In this document: in pieces, positions 1 to 9,569 of the stretch
Numbering within the stretch: position 1 is the first letter of the stretch
Layout: every line of letters begins with the position of its first letter
NCBI GenBank assembly: GCA_024278215.1
Contig: JAJRTR010000111.1
Location: 62,001 to 123,482, forward strand
DNA length: 61,482 bases
Direction of reading: 5' to 3'
From: a bacterium
Lineage (GTDB): Bacteria; UBP15; UBA6099; JAJRTR01
The notes under the pieces: model-generated
Seen by the model: only the letters and a program-made list of their open reading frames with translations
Told to the model about the DNA's origin: nothing
Databases searched by the model: none
Position numbers and translations under genes: made by a program

Positions 1-1
1 T

Positions 2-1243
2 ATGGTTTTCGTCATCGGTAAAAACATCCCGCGCGGATTCTATTTTTTTATCACCTCTTATGTGCGCCAGGGTGTGTTCGGCATCTCTCTGTCGATCATC
101 GGTATAGCATTGTTCATATACGGTCTCCGGCGCCTCAACAAGAGAATACTCAAGCTGTTCATGCCGGGAGACGATTCATTGCTTATCGACATGCTGTACC
201 GCGATATGATACTGGGAAAGGGACTGAAGATAGTGGTGATCGGCGGCGGCACGGGTCTTCACTCGCTGTTGCGCGGACTGAAAAAATATTCATCGAACAT
301 ATCGGCCATCGTGACAGTCAGCGACGACGGCGGCAGTTCGGGGCGCCTGCGCGACGAACTCAACATCCTGCCGCCCGGCGACGTGCGCCAGTGCATCGCG
401 GCCCTTGCGGATTCGGAAACCGCGGTAGCCGAACTCTTTTCATGCAGGTTCGAGTCGACCGGCTCGCTCAAGGGGCACTCGGTAGGCAACCTGCTTCTGG
501 CGGCTATGACGGAGCTCAAGGGCGGCGACTTCTACCAGGCGGTGAAGGAACTGAGCAAAGTTCTTGCCGTGCGCGGCAGGGTGCTTCCTTCCACGCTCGA
601 GCGCGTGACGCTCTGCGCGGAGATGAAGGACGGTACGATAATACGGGGCGAATCGAGCATCACCAGCTCACCGGCGGCGGTCAGCAGGGTGTTCCTCTCT
701 CCGGCCGACGGCCGGGCGCTCCCCGAGGCTGTCGAAGCGATTATGGATGCCGACCTTGTCGTCATCGGCCCGGGGTCGCTCTTCACCAGCATCATTCCCA
801 ACCTGCTTGTGAAAGATTTGCTCCAGCCCCTGAGGCGCACGCCCGCGCCAAAAGTATATGTATGCAATGTCATGAGCCAGCCGGGCGAGACCGACGGATA
901 TTCCGCTTCCGACCATGCGGCGCAGATCGTAAAACTGCTCGGCAAAAAATCCATAGACTACATCGTTCTCAATAATAAGTATCCTTCGCGCCTGCTGGCA
1001 AAGTACAGGGCCGAAGGCGCGGAACCGGTCGAAGTGGACCGGGAAAACCTCGAGCGGCTGGGAATCAGCCGCCTCGTTATGGAAGACCTTATCAGCGAAG
1101 AGCAACTCGTAAGGCACGATCCCGACAAACTCGCCGCCTGCATCATGAAGATAGCGAGGGAAACGTCGCCGGATTCCGTGCAGAACATTCTGCTCTATGA
1201 TGTGGAAAAATTTCGCGAAAGACTGATGCAGATAGGAATTTGA
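2..1243 (+). CDS. yvcK: YvcK/CofD-family gluconeogenesis factor with N-terminal membrane segment (probably 5'-truncated by window edge)
   Basis: Motifs VVIGGGTGL, VTVSDDGGSSGRLR, PPGDVRQC, GHSVGNL, GPGSLFTSIIPNL, RHDP; hydrophobic N-terminus. Confidence 0.92.
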   Translation: MVFVIGKNIPRGFYFFITSYVRQGVFGISLSIIGIALFIYGLRRLNKRILKLFMPGDDSLLIDMLYRDMILGKGLKIVVIGGGTGLHSLLRGLKKYSSNISAIVTVSDDGGSSGRLRDELNILPPGDVRQCIAALADSETAVAELFSCRFESTGSLKGHSVGNLLLAAMTELKGGDFYQAVKELSKVLAVRGRVLPSTLERVTLCAEMKDGTIIRGESSITSSPAAVSRVFLSPADGRALPEAVEAIMDADLVVIGPGSLFTSIIPNLLVKDLLQPLRRTPAPKVYVCNVMSQPGETDGYSASDHAAQIVKLLGKKSIDYIVLNNKYPSRLLAKYRAEGAEPVEVDRENLERLGISRLVMEDLISEEQLVRHDPDKLAACIMKIARETSPDSVQNILLYDVEKFRERLMQIGI

Positions 1244-1297
1244 TGTATTATATTAGTTCAGGGAAAATAACAGAATCCAGCAAACGGGAGGACAGAT

Positions 1298-2302
1298 ATG
1301 GCAGTTAAAGTAGGAATTAATGGATTTGGAAGAATCGGCCGCAACTTCACACGCTCGGCACTCGGAAACAGCGAAATAGACATCGTTTCCATCAACGACC
1401 TGACAGACGCGGCGACACTCGCTCACCTGCTGAAATACGACTCGAACTACGGCATTCTCGACGCCGACGTAAGCGCGGGTGACGGCGAACTGATCCTGAA
1501 CGGAAAGAAAATAAAAGTTCACGCCGAGCGAAACCCGTCGGACCTGCCCTGGGGCGACGACGGTGTGGACATCGTCATCGAATCCACAGGCCTGTTCCGG
1601 GAACGCGAAAAGGCGGCGCTCCACATCAAAGGCGGCGCGAAGAAAGTCATCATCTCGGCACCGGGCAAAGACCAGGACATCATGATTGTCATGGGTGTCA
1701 ACCAGGACAAGTACGACCCGGCGAACCACCACATCATCTCCAATGCGTCATGCACCACGAATTGCCTGTCTCCGATTGCAAAAGTCATCCTGGACAACTT
1801 CGGCATCGAAACCGGCCTCATGTGCACGATCCACTCGTACACAAACGGCCAGAAGATTCTCGACATGCAGTTCAAGGACCTGCGGCGCGCGCGCGCGGCC
1901 GCTCTCTCGATTATTCCGACGACGACCGGTGCCGCAAAGGCCGTCGGCGAAGTCATCCCCGAAGTCAAGGGGAAACTCACCGGCTATGCCATGCGCGTGC
2001 CGACACCGACGGTCTCAGTCGTCGACCTCGCCGTCGTTACGAGCAAAAAAGTTACAGTCGACGAGATGAACGCCGCCATGAAAGCAGCAGCCGACGGCCC
2101 GATGAAGGGCATTCTCAAATACGAGGAAGTTCCCCTGGTTTCTATGGATTTCAAGGGTTGCAAGTTCTCGTCGATCTTCGACCCCGCGCTCACCCAGATG
2201 CTCGGCGACAACCATATCAAAGTCGTTTCGTGGTACGACAATGAAATGGGATACTCGACCAGGCTCGGCGACCTCGCGGTGTATGTCGGCAAGTCGCTCT
2301 GA
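1298..2302 (+). CDS. gap: Glyceraldehyde-3-phosphate dehydrogenase, type I
   Basis: [10 protein letters not shown], catalytic [23 protein letters not shown] upstream. Confidence 0.99.
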   Translation: MAVKVGINGFGRIGRNFTRSALGNSEIDIVSINDLTDAATLAHLLKYDSNYGILDADVSAGDGELILNGKKIKVHAERNPSDLPWGDDGVDIVIESTGLFREREKAALHIKGGAKKVIISAPGKDQDIMIVMGVNQDKYDPANHHIISNASCTTNCLSPIAKVILDNFGIETGLMCTIHSYTNGQKILDMQFKDLRRARAAALSIIPTTTGAAKAVGEVIPEVKGKLTGYAMRVPTPTVSVVDLAVVTSKKVTVDEMNAAMKAAADGPMKGILKYEEVPLVSMDFKGCKFSSIFDPALTQMLGDNHIKVVSWYDNEMGYSTRLGDLAVYVGKSL

Positions 2303-2411
2303 CAGCGGATTGTGTAGTTGTGTAGAATCATCGAACAGGATCGGCCCATGCCTTATCCTGTTCGGTATACTCCAGCGGTATCGCCTGCAATATGCGGGCA
2401 ATGTGAATAAT

Positions 2412-2436
2412 CGGGGAGCCCGGTCGCGGCTCCCCG
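2412..2436 (+). terminator. GC-rich hairpin between gap and pgk (partial terminator or mRNA stabiliser)
   Basis: cggggagcc-N7-ggctccccg followed by only tttc. Confidence 0.45.
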
Positions 2437-2458
2437 TTTCTCCCAGGAGGGCATAATT

Positions 2459-3649
2459 ATGTTGAAAAAAATGACGATTGAAGACGTAGACTTCTCCGGC
2501 AGGCGCGTCATAGCGCGGGTGGACTTCAATGTGCCGCTCGACGACGACAGAAACATCACGGACGACCTGCGTGTGCGTGCCGCGCTGCCCACCATAAAAT
2601 ATATCCTCTCACACGGCGCGTCGCTCATACTCATGAGCCATCTCGGCAGACCAAAAGGTGAGCCCGCCCCGTCGTTAAGTCTAAAGCCGGTCGGCGAACA
2701 CCTGGCAACATTGCTCGACACCGGCGTTTCTTTTGCTCCGGATTGCGTCGGCCCCGAAGTCGAAACATTGGCGGACAATCTCAAGCCGGGCGAAATACTT
2801 CTGCTCGAGAATCTCCGTTTTCACGCGGGCGAAAAAAAGAACGATCCCGGGTTCGCAAAGCAACTCGCGGCACTTGCTGAAATATATGTAAACGACGCGT
2901 TCGGCACGGCCCACCGCGCACACGCGTCCACAGCGGGCATTACCGAATACCTCTCACCTGCCGTCGCCGGATACCTGCTGAAAAAAGAAATCGACTACCT
3001 TGAAAATACGCTCGAAAACCCGCGTCGGCCTTTTATAGCACTGATGGGCGGCGCGAAAGTTTCAGATAAAATAATGGTCATCGAGCGCCTGCTCGACGTC
3101 GTCGACGGGATCATCATCGGCGGCGGCATGGCATTCACATTCCTCAAATCGCAGGGTAAGGAAACAGGCAAGTCGATTGTCGAAGATGAAAAAGTCGACG
3201 CCGCGAAACGCCTGCTCGAACTCGCGAAAGAGAAGAATGTCGACCTCGTGCTTCCCGTTGATGTCGTAACGGCAAAAGAATTCCGGTTCGACTCCGAACA
3301 TAAAGTCTGCACGGTCGACGACATACCGGAGGACTGGATGGGGCTTGATATCGGCCCGGAAACAGTGAAGCTGTTCGCAGACAATATAGCAGGTTGCAAA
3401 ACAATCGTATGGAACGGTCCGATGGGAGTGTTCGAGTTTGACGCCTTTGCGAGCGGCACACTCGAGTGCGCGAAAGTGATCGCGCAGACCGATTGCGTAT
3501 CAATAGTCGGGGGCGGCGACTCGGCGGCAGCCATAAAGAAGATGGGGCTTTCGGAGCGGTTTACACACATTTCCACAGGCGGCGGCGCGTCTCTTGAGAT
3601 GCTCGAAGGCAAAAAACTTCCCGGCGTCGAAGCTCTCGACGACAAGTAG
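2459..3649 (+). CDS. pgk: Phosphoglycerate kinase
   Basis: RVDFNVP, SHLGRP, LLENLRF, NDAFGTAHRAHAS, GGAKVSDK, HISTGGGASLE. Confidence 0.99.
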   Translation: MLKKMTIEDVDFSGRRVIARVDFNVPLDDDRNITDDLRVRAALPTIKYILSHGASLILMSHLGRPKGEPAPSLSLKPVGEHLATLLDTGVSFAPDCVGPEVETLADNLKPGEILLLENLRFHAGEKKNDPGFAKQLAALAEIYVNDAFGTAHRAHASTAGITEYLSPAVAGYLLKKEIDYLENTLENPRRPFIALMGGAKVSDKIMVIERLLDVVDGIIIGGGMAFTFLKSQGKETGKSIVEDEKVDAAKRLLELAKEKNVDLVLPVDVVTAKEFRFDSEHKVCTVDDIPEDWMGLDIGPETVKLFADNIAGCKTIVWNGPMGVFEFDAFASGTLECAKVIAQTDCVSIVGGGDSAAAIKKMGLSERFTHISTGGGASLEMLEGKKLPGVEALDDK

Positions 3650-3686
3650 CCCGTATATTGCACCAATGCGGGCCAAAAATAGGAAG

Positions 3687-3803
3687 AATGCCTGTAATAC
3701 AAGGCGCGGCAAGTGAGTGGTGAGGGAGCAGCCGGTCTCTTGCGTAAAATGCTGGTATATGACCGATCCCGAAACGCCGTCGCAACGCAGTAGAACAGGC
3801 GTT
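3687..3803. repeat. Degenerate palindromic element related to the adjacent MITE-like element
   Basis: Outer arms aatgcctgt/acaggcgtt; internal caaggcg and caacgcag motifs shared with 3874-4051. Confidence 0.5.
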
Positions 3804-3873
3804 ATCGTGATTTTCCGGATTTCTTTGTGAGAAATCCGGGGTAAGCGCATCTACGTGTATTTTGATTCCGATA

Positions 3874-4051
3874 GAGCCAATTGCAAAATTATGTTCGTAG
3901 CGAAGTCGAGTGAAATTGTTCAGAGCAAGGCGGAGGGGTAGAATCCTCGCAGGCGTACTTGTAGAGTACGCCGAGGACGATTTTATGCCGACAACGCAGC
4001 TATGGACAATAGTAACCGACCGTAGCAGAATCAGAATTTTGCAATTGGCTC
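3874..4051. mobile_element. 178-bp palindromic MITE-like element, full copy 1
   Basis: Perfect 17-bp terminal inverted repeat gagccaattgcaaaatt/aattttgcaattggctc, GATA on both flanks, central hairpin ggcgtact-N5-agtacgcc; homologous copy at 22123-22299. Confidence 0.85.
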
Positions 4052-4083
4052 GATATGATATTGTTATTTATTGAAGGAGAAAG

Positions 4084-4581
4084 ATGAAAACGGCAATACT
4101 TGCTTTCGGGTCGAATCTTGGGGAGCGCAGGGGCAATATCGAGTCTGCTGCTGCGGCGCTCGAGTGCGCGGGTGTCGAGATAGTGCGCCATTCGTCATAC
4201 TACGCGACTTCGCCGGTGGGCGGGCCGCCACAGGGCGATTTCATAAATGCCGCGGCCCTCGTACAGACCGCTCTCGAACCTCACGCACTGCTCCGCCTCG
4301 CGAAAAAGATCGAGCAGGACATGGGCCGCGACCTGCACGGCGTCCACTTCGGTCCGCGCCCTATAGATATTGACATATTACTTTACGGGCGGCTGACTCT
4401 CGACACACCCGACCTCGTCATCCCCCATCCACGGTTCGCCGAACGTCTTTTTGTCCTGGCGCCGCTCGTAGAAGTTGCGCCCGACTGGAAGTTGCCCGAC
4501 GGCAAAACAATTTCCTCTCTCTTCAATGAATTGAAGACCGCCACGGATTTTTCTTTGCAAATTGTTGAAAAATTACCATAA
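4084..4581 (+). CDS. folK: 2-amino-4-hydroxy-6-hydroxymethyldihydropteridine pyrophosphokinase
   Basis: FGSNLG, FINAA, GPRPIDIDILLYG, LVIPHPR, FVLAPL. Confidence 0.97.
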   Translation: MKTAILAFGSNLGERRGNIESAAAALECAGVEIVRHSSYYATSPVGGPPQGDFINAAALVQTALEPHALLRLAKKIEQDMGRDLHGVHFGPRPIDIDILLYGRLTLDTPDLVIPHPRFAERLFVLAPLVEVAPDWKLPDGKTISSLFNELKTATDFSLQIVEKLP

Positions 4582-4628
4582 TATGGTTAAGGTAATACTT
4601 GGTTTTTATTGAAAAGTACTGCTTGGAG

Positions 4629-4715
4629 CTTCTCGACGAGCCCGAGACAGGAAGACAATTTATAGCGAACCGAAAAACGCGTATGCCTTCCTGTTATTGG
4701 AAGGCATATTTTTTT
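4629..4715 (+). ncRNA. pan-motif-like leader RNA with intrinsic terminator upstream of panB
   Basis: Bulged hairpin cttctcg..cgagacaggaag (4629-4654); terminator tatgccttcc-N7-ggaaggcata-T7 (4682-4715); acaggaag can pair with cttcctgt in the terminator 5' arm and loop. Confidence 0.75.
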
Positions 4716-4757
4716 ATGGCCCGTCGCAGCGGCGTAAACCGGATCGGCGGGCTCGAT

Positions 4758-5612
4758 ATGAAGGTAACGATTTCAACACTGAACGAGATGAAGGCCGGCG
4801 GCGAAAAGATCACGATGCTGACGGCCTACGACGCACCGACAGCTAAAATCGTCGACAGCTCCGGGGTCGACACCATTCTCGTGGGCGACTCGCTTGGCAA
4901 CGTAATGCTCGGCTTCGACGACACACTTCCCGTAACGATGGAACACATGATTCACCACACAGCCGCTGTGATGCGCGGTGTCGAGCGTGCTTTCGTACTG
5001 TTCGACATGCCTTTTATGTCATACCAGGTGAGTGTCGAGGAAGCGGTGCGCAACGCGGGGCGCGCGGTGAAGGAAACCGGCTGCAACGGCGTGAAACTCG
5101 AGGGCGGCGGCGAAAATATATGCCGTGTCGTTCGTGCTGTCGTCGATTGCGGTATCCCCGTGTGCGGTCATCTCGGCCTGACTCCCCAGTCGGTGAACGC
5201 GATGGGCGGCTACAAGGTGCAGGGCAAAGCGTTCGAGCAGGCGAAAAACATACTCGACGAATCGCTGGCACTCGAGGCGGCGGGCGCGGGCATGGTGGTG
5301 CTCGAATGCGTGCCGTGGAAGCTGGCGAAGGTGATTACCGAAAAGCTTCATATTCCGACTATCGGGATCGGCGCCGGCCCGCACTGCGACGGACAGGTGC
5401 TCGTGTTCCACGACATGATGGGACTGCTCGACCGCAAACCGGCGAAGTTCGTCGAGGTTTTCGCACAGGCGGGCAAACTCATGAGGCGCGGTGTGAAAAG
5501 TTACATCAAACAGGTGAAATCTGTCGATTATCCCGGCACTGAACACTCATTCGTTATCAGCGACAGTGTTATAAATAAACTCGAAGGCAACAAAAAGGGA
5601 AAGAAGAAATGA
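4758..5612 (+). CDS. panB: 3-methyl-2-oxobutanoate hydroxymethyltransferase
   Basis: MLTAYD, ILVGDSLG, DMPFMSY, VKLEGG, GHLGLTPQS, IGIGAGPHCDGQVLV; start moved to ATG 4758 because the longer ORF reads through the leader terminator. Confidence 0.98.
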   Translation: MKVTISTLNEMKAGGEKITMLTAYDAPTAKIVDSSGVDTILVGDSLGNVMLGFDDTLPVTMEHMIHHTAAVMRGVERAFVLFDMPFMSYQVSVEEAVRNAGRAVKETGCNGVKLEGGGENICRVVRAVVDCGIPVCGHLGLTPQSVNAMGGYKVQGKAFEQAKNILDESLALEAAGAGMVVLECVPWKLAKVITEKLHIPTIGIGAGPHCDGQVLVFHDMMGLLDRKPAKFVEVFAQAGKLMRRGVKSYIKQVKSVDYPGTEHSFVISDSVINKLEGNKKGKKK

Positions 5613-6451
5613 TCAGGACGATACCGGCGGTGGAAGAAATGCAAAAGACCGCCGCGACACTGAAACAGGATGGAAAAACCATCGGGCTGGTGCCCACGAT
5701 GGGCTACTTCCACGAAGGACACCTCTCGCTTATGCGGCGGAGCGTGGAAGACAACGATGTCACTATCGTCACCCTTTTCGTCAATCCAACACAGTTCGGA
5801 CAGAATGAAGACCTCGACGCTTACCCGCGCGATTTCGAGCGTGATAAAAATATGGCGGAAGAAGCCGGAGTCGACTACATTTTCCGCCCCGCCAACGACG
5901 ACATGTACCCCGGCGGATACAAAACTTATGTGAAAGTTGAAGACTGGTCGTCGCTGCTGTGCGGCGCGAGCAGGCCTGTGCATTTCCGGGGCGTGACGAC
6001 AATATGCTGCAAACTGTTCAATATATGCCGGCCCGACCGCGCGTATTTCGGACTCAAGGACGCGCAGCAGTATCTCGTGCTGCAAAAGATGGTCCGCGAC
6101 TTGAACATGAACCTCGAACTTGTGCCTATGCCCATCGTGCGTGAGGGGGACGGCCTGGCGATGAGTTCGCGCAACGTGTACCTGACGCGCGCGGAGCGCG
6201 GCGCGGCGGTTCTGCTCAGCCGGTCGCTAGCGGAAGCGAAAGAAAAGATAAGCGGTGGAGAAACAGACGCCGAAAGTATCAAGCGGGGGATTCGCGACAG
6301 GCTGAACTCCTCGGAACACGTGAAGATAGATTACGTGGAAGCGGTGAGTACGGAAACACTCGATCCGGTTAGCGATGTGGCGGCGGGCACGCTGATAGCC
6401 GTCGCGGCTTACCTGGGCAAAGCGAGACTGATCGACAATATCATTATATAG
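5609..6451 (+). CDS. panC: Pantoate--beta-alanine ligase
   Basis: [47 protein letters not shown]. Confidence 0.98.
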   Translation: MIRTIPAVEEMQKTAATLKQDGKTIGLVPTMGYFHEGHLSLMRRSVEDNDVTIVTLFVNPTQFGQNEDLDAYPRDFERDKNMAEEAGVDYIFRPANDDMYPGGYKTYVKVEDWSSLLCGASRPVHFRGVTTICCKLFNICRPDRAYFGLKDAQQYLVLQKMVRDLNMNLELVPMPIVREGDGLAMSSRNVYLTRAERGAAVLLSRSLAEAKEKISGGETDAESIKRGIRDRLNSSEHVKIDYVEAVSTETLDPVSDVAAGTLIAVAAYLGKARLIDNIII

Positions 6452-6461
6452 GAGGCCACCG

Positions 6462-6872
6462 ATGTTCAGACATTTCTGCAAATCGAAAATCCATCGCGCC
6501 ACGGTGACCGGCGCCGATCTCAACTATGTGGGCAGCATCACGCTATGTACAAAGCTGATGGAGGAAGCGCATCTTCTGCCTTATGAGAAGGTGCAGATCG
6601 TCAATATCAACAACGGTGCGCGCCTCGAAACCTACGTCATCGCATCGCCCGACGGCGAGTCCGGCGACGTGTGCCTCAACGGAGCGGCGGCAAGGCTCGT
6701 ACAGAAGGGCGACAAGGTCATTATTATCGCATACTGCATGATAGATGAAAAAGAACTCGCAGACTTCAAACCACGTGTGTTGCTCGTCGACGACGACAAC
6801 AGGATTACCAGCATCATCGACGAAGAACCCGGCTTCAAGTCACACCTCGAAATTATCTCCGGCACCGGATAA
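6462..6872 (+). CDS. panD: Aspartate 1-decarboxylase proenzyme
   Basis: [16 protein letters not shown] self-cleavage site, [15 protein letters not shown]. Confidence 0.98.
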   Translation: MFRHFCKSKIHRATVTGADLNYVGSITLCTKLMEEAHLLPYEKVQIVNINNGARLETYVIASPDGESGDVCLNGAAARLVQKGDKVIIIAYCMIDEKELADFKPRVLLVDDDNRITSIIDEEPGFKSHLEIISGTG

Positions 6873-6961
6873 TTTTCAGCATAACTATTGAAACAAATGC
6901 GTTGGTACTTACAATACTGTGCGCGTGAAAAAACACATACTTTCGAGTAGGAGAATTTAAA

Positions 6962-7870
6962 GTGAAAGATCCTTTAGTAGAGAAAATCAACAAGTTGAAA
7001 GTCGAGCGCAGGGCGATAATCATGGCGCACAACTACCAGTTGCCCGACGTTCAGGATATTGCGGATTACCAGGGCGACAGCCTCGAACTCGCAAGAATCG
7101 CCACAAAAGCGGACTGCGAGGTTATAGTCTTCTGCGGCGTTCAGTTCATGGCCGAAACAGCGAAGATTCTCAACCCGGAGCGCACAGTGCTGATGCCCGA
7201 CGCGAAGGCCGGCTGCCCGATGGCGGACATGGTGGATGTCGAAGAACTTCGGCGCATGAAAGCCGAAAACCCCGGCTCGAAGGTTGTCTGCTACGTCAAC
7301 TCGCACGTCGAAGTCAAGGCCGAAAGCGATGTGTGCTGTACGTCGGCGAACTCCATCAAAATTGTAAAAAACCTCGACACCGATAAGCCGATAATATTCG
7401 TGCCCGACAGGCATCTCGGCGAGTACACACAGCGTGTCACGGGCCGCGAACTCATACTCGCCGCGGGCTACTGCCCCACTCACAGGCACATCATGCTCGA
7501 AGACATCGAGAAAATGAAGTCGAAGATGCCCGACGCCGAAGTCATCGTACACCCCGAATGTACAACGGAAATACTCGACATCGCCGACCATATTTGCAGC
7601 ACGAGCCAGATGATAACCGCCGCCGGCGCGTCCGGCGCGAAACGCTTCATCATCGGCACCGAAGTCGGCATGCTGCACGTGTTGCGCAAAAGATACCCGG
7701 ACAAGGAATTCTTCGTGCCCTCGTCGCGGTGCGTATGCCCGAACATGAAGAAGACGACACTCGAGAAGGTCTTGTGGTCGCTCGAGGAGATGAAAACAGA
7801 GGTCGAGGTCGATCCTGAAACAGGGAGCAAAGCAATAAAATCATTAGAACGGATGCTTGAATATGTCTGA
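6962..7870 (+). CDS. nadA: Quinolinate synthase
   Basis: AHNYQ, GDSLELA, FCGVQFMAE, AGCPMA, YVNS, CPTH, VHPEC, CPNMKK. Confidence 0.97.
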   Translation: MKDPLVEKINKLKVERRAIIMAHNYQLPDVQDIADYQGDSLELARIATKADCEVIVFCGVQFMAETAKILNPERTVLMPDAKAGCPMADMVDVEELRRMKAENPGSKVVCYVNSHVEVKAESDVCCTSANSIKIVKNLDTDKPIIFVPDRHLGEYTQRVTGRELILAAGYCPTHRHIMLEDIEKMKSKMPDAEVIVHPECTTEILDIADHICSTSQMITAAGASGAKRFIIGTEVGMLHVLRKRYPDKEFFVPSSRCVCPNMKKTTLEKVLWSLEEMKTEVEVDPETGSKAIKSLERMLEYV

Positions 7871-8672
7871 AGAAACAGAAGGAATCGGCCTCGTCGGCTG
7901 CGGCGCTATCGGCACGGAGATAGCGGGAGCGATAACACGCGGCGAAGTGGGGCCTGAACTCATTGGTATCTGGGACATCGACAGCGCGGCCGCCGAAAAA
8001 CTGGCTTCGTCGCTCACGCCGCGCCCCGGCGTCGTCTAACCGGTCGAGATGGCCGAAAACTGCGCCATGCTCGTCGAGTGCGCGTCGGTGGGCGCGGTCG
8101 CTCCGCTCGTCGATCTCTGCATCGAAAAAGGCCTGGACCTCATGACCATGAGCATCGGCGGCCTGACCGCCAACCACTTCGAGCGGTTCCGCAATTCGCA
8201 TTCCAGACTCTATGTGCCCAGCGGTGCCGTGTGTGGTCTGGACGGGATACAGGCTTATGCCGACTACGGCATCGAATCGCTCACGCTCACCACGCGAAAA
8301 CCGCCCGCCGGCCTCCGCGGTGTGCCCTATCTCGAAGAGCGTGGCATAGATGTCGACAGCCTCACCGAACCGCTGGTCGTATTCGAGGGTTCACCCGCTG
8401 AAGCGATAAAACATTTCCCGAAAAACGTCAATGTCTCGACAGCGCTCGGGCTCGCCTCGTCGCTCAACGGTTCTCTCAAAGTCAGGTTGCTGGCCGACCC
8501 CGGCGTCAACGTCAACATACACGAGATCGACATGGTAAGCAGCCTCGGCAGGATAACGATCAAGGTCGAAAACCACGCCTCGGCGTCGAATCCAAAAACA
8601 AGCGCGCTGGCATACCTTTCCGCTATCGCCACGCTGAAAAAAATATTCTCGAAGGTGAAAATCGGAACATGA
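7863..8672 (+). pseudogene. nadX: L-aspartate dehydrogenase interrupted by in-frame TAA at 8037-8039 (pseudogene or sequence error)
   Basis: ORFs 7857-8039 (GLVGCGAIG Rossmann fold) and 8049-8672 (VECAS, PSGAVCGLD, FPKNVNV, NIHEI, NPKTSALA) share a frame and sum to about 269 codons between nadA and nadC. Confidence 0.88.
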
Positions 8673-9508
8673 ACCTGCCTTCGCGATCACAATACCTTGG
8701 CATAATCGACCGCGCCATCGAGGAAGATGTCGGGCACGGCGATGTCACTTCCGAATATCTCGGCGTCGCCGACCGGGAATGTGTCGCTGTGGCGACAAAC
8801 AGGGAAGACGGCGTCATCGCGGGCCTGTTCATCATGAAAACGGTCTTCGAACGCATCGACCCGTCGATAGAATTCGAGGCGGGCGTCGAAGAAGGCGAAC
8901 TCGTGAGGAAGGGCGCGACACTCGCGACGATAAAAGGCCGGGCCGGTTCGGTGCTGGCAGGCGAACGGGTGGCGCTCAACTTTCTTCAGCGCATGTCCGG
9001 CATAGCCACCTTCACCTATCAATTCGCGCGGGCCGTGCGCAACACAAAAGCGGTGGTCGTCGACACGCGCAAGACAACACCCGGCCTGCGCCTGCTCGAT
9101 AAATACGCCGTTCGCGCGGGCGGCGGTCGCAACCACCGCTTCGGTCTCAGCGACGCCATACTCATAAAAGACAACCACATCGCCATGGTCGGCAGCGTGG
9201 CGAAAGCCGTCGAAAAAGCTAAAGAAAACAGGGGCCACACACTGACCATCGAAGTCGAAACATCCGACATAGACCAGGTGAGGGAAGCGCTGGACGCCGG
9301 CGCGGACATCATCATGCTCGACAATATGAAGCTGAAGGAAATAGAAGAAGCGGCAGCGCTGATCGACGGTCGCGCGATTGTCGAAGTGTCGGGAAATGTC
9401 GGCATGATAAACGTCACGCAGATCGCGATGTGCGGTGTCGACGTGATCTCTGTAGGCGCGCTCACACACTCGCCCGACGCCCTGGACATCGGACTGGACT
9501 TTGTCTGA
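8669..9508 (+). CDS. nadC: Nicotinate-nucleotide pyrophosphorylase (carboxylating)
   Basis: GDVTS, ERVALNFLQRMSGIAT, DTRKTTPGLR, NHRFGL, IKDNH, IMLDN, SVGALTHS. Confidence 0.98.
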   Translation: MNLPSRSQYLGIIDRAIEEDVGHGDVTSEYLGVADRECVAVATNREDGVIAGLFIMKTVFERIDPSIEFEAGVEEGELVRKGATLATIKGRAGSVLAGERVALNFLQRMSGIATFTYQFARAVRNTKAVVVDTRKTTPGLRLLDKYAVRAGGGRNHRFGLSDAILIKDNHIAMVGSVAKAVEKAKENRGHTLTIEVETSDIDQVREALDAGADIIMLDNMKLKEIEEAAALIDGRAIVEVSGNVGMINVTQIAMCGVDVISVGALTHSPDALDIGLDFV

Positions 9509-9569
9509 AACAGAGGCGCCGCAGGTTCTTATCGGACAAATCGGACAAAGAGTTTTCAGGAGATGAAAC

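Noticed and set aside
4599-4757. 53-codon N-terminal extension of PanB in the ORF track
   Set aside because: It runs through the leader hairpin and terminator; PanB homology starts at MKVTISTL (4758).
8037-8039. Alternative genetic code or Sec/Pyl recoding at the nadX stop
   Set aside because: The codon is TAA, not TGA or TAG, and all three stops end conserved genes normally in this window.
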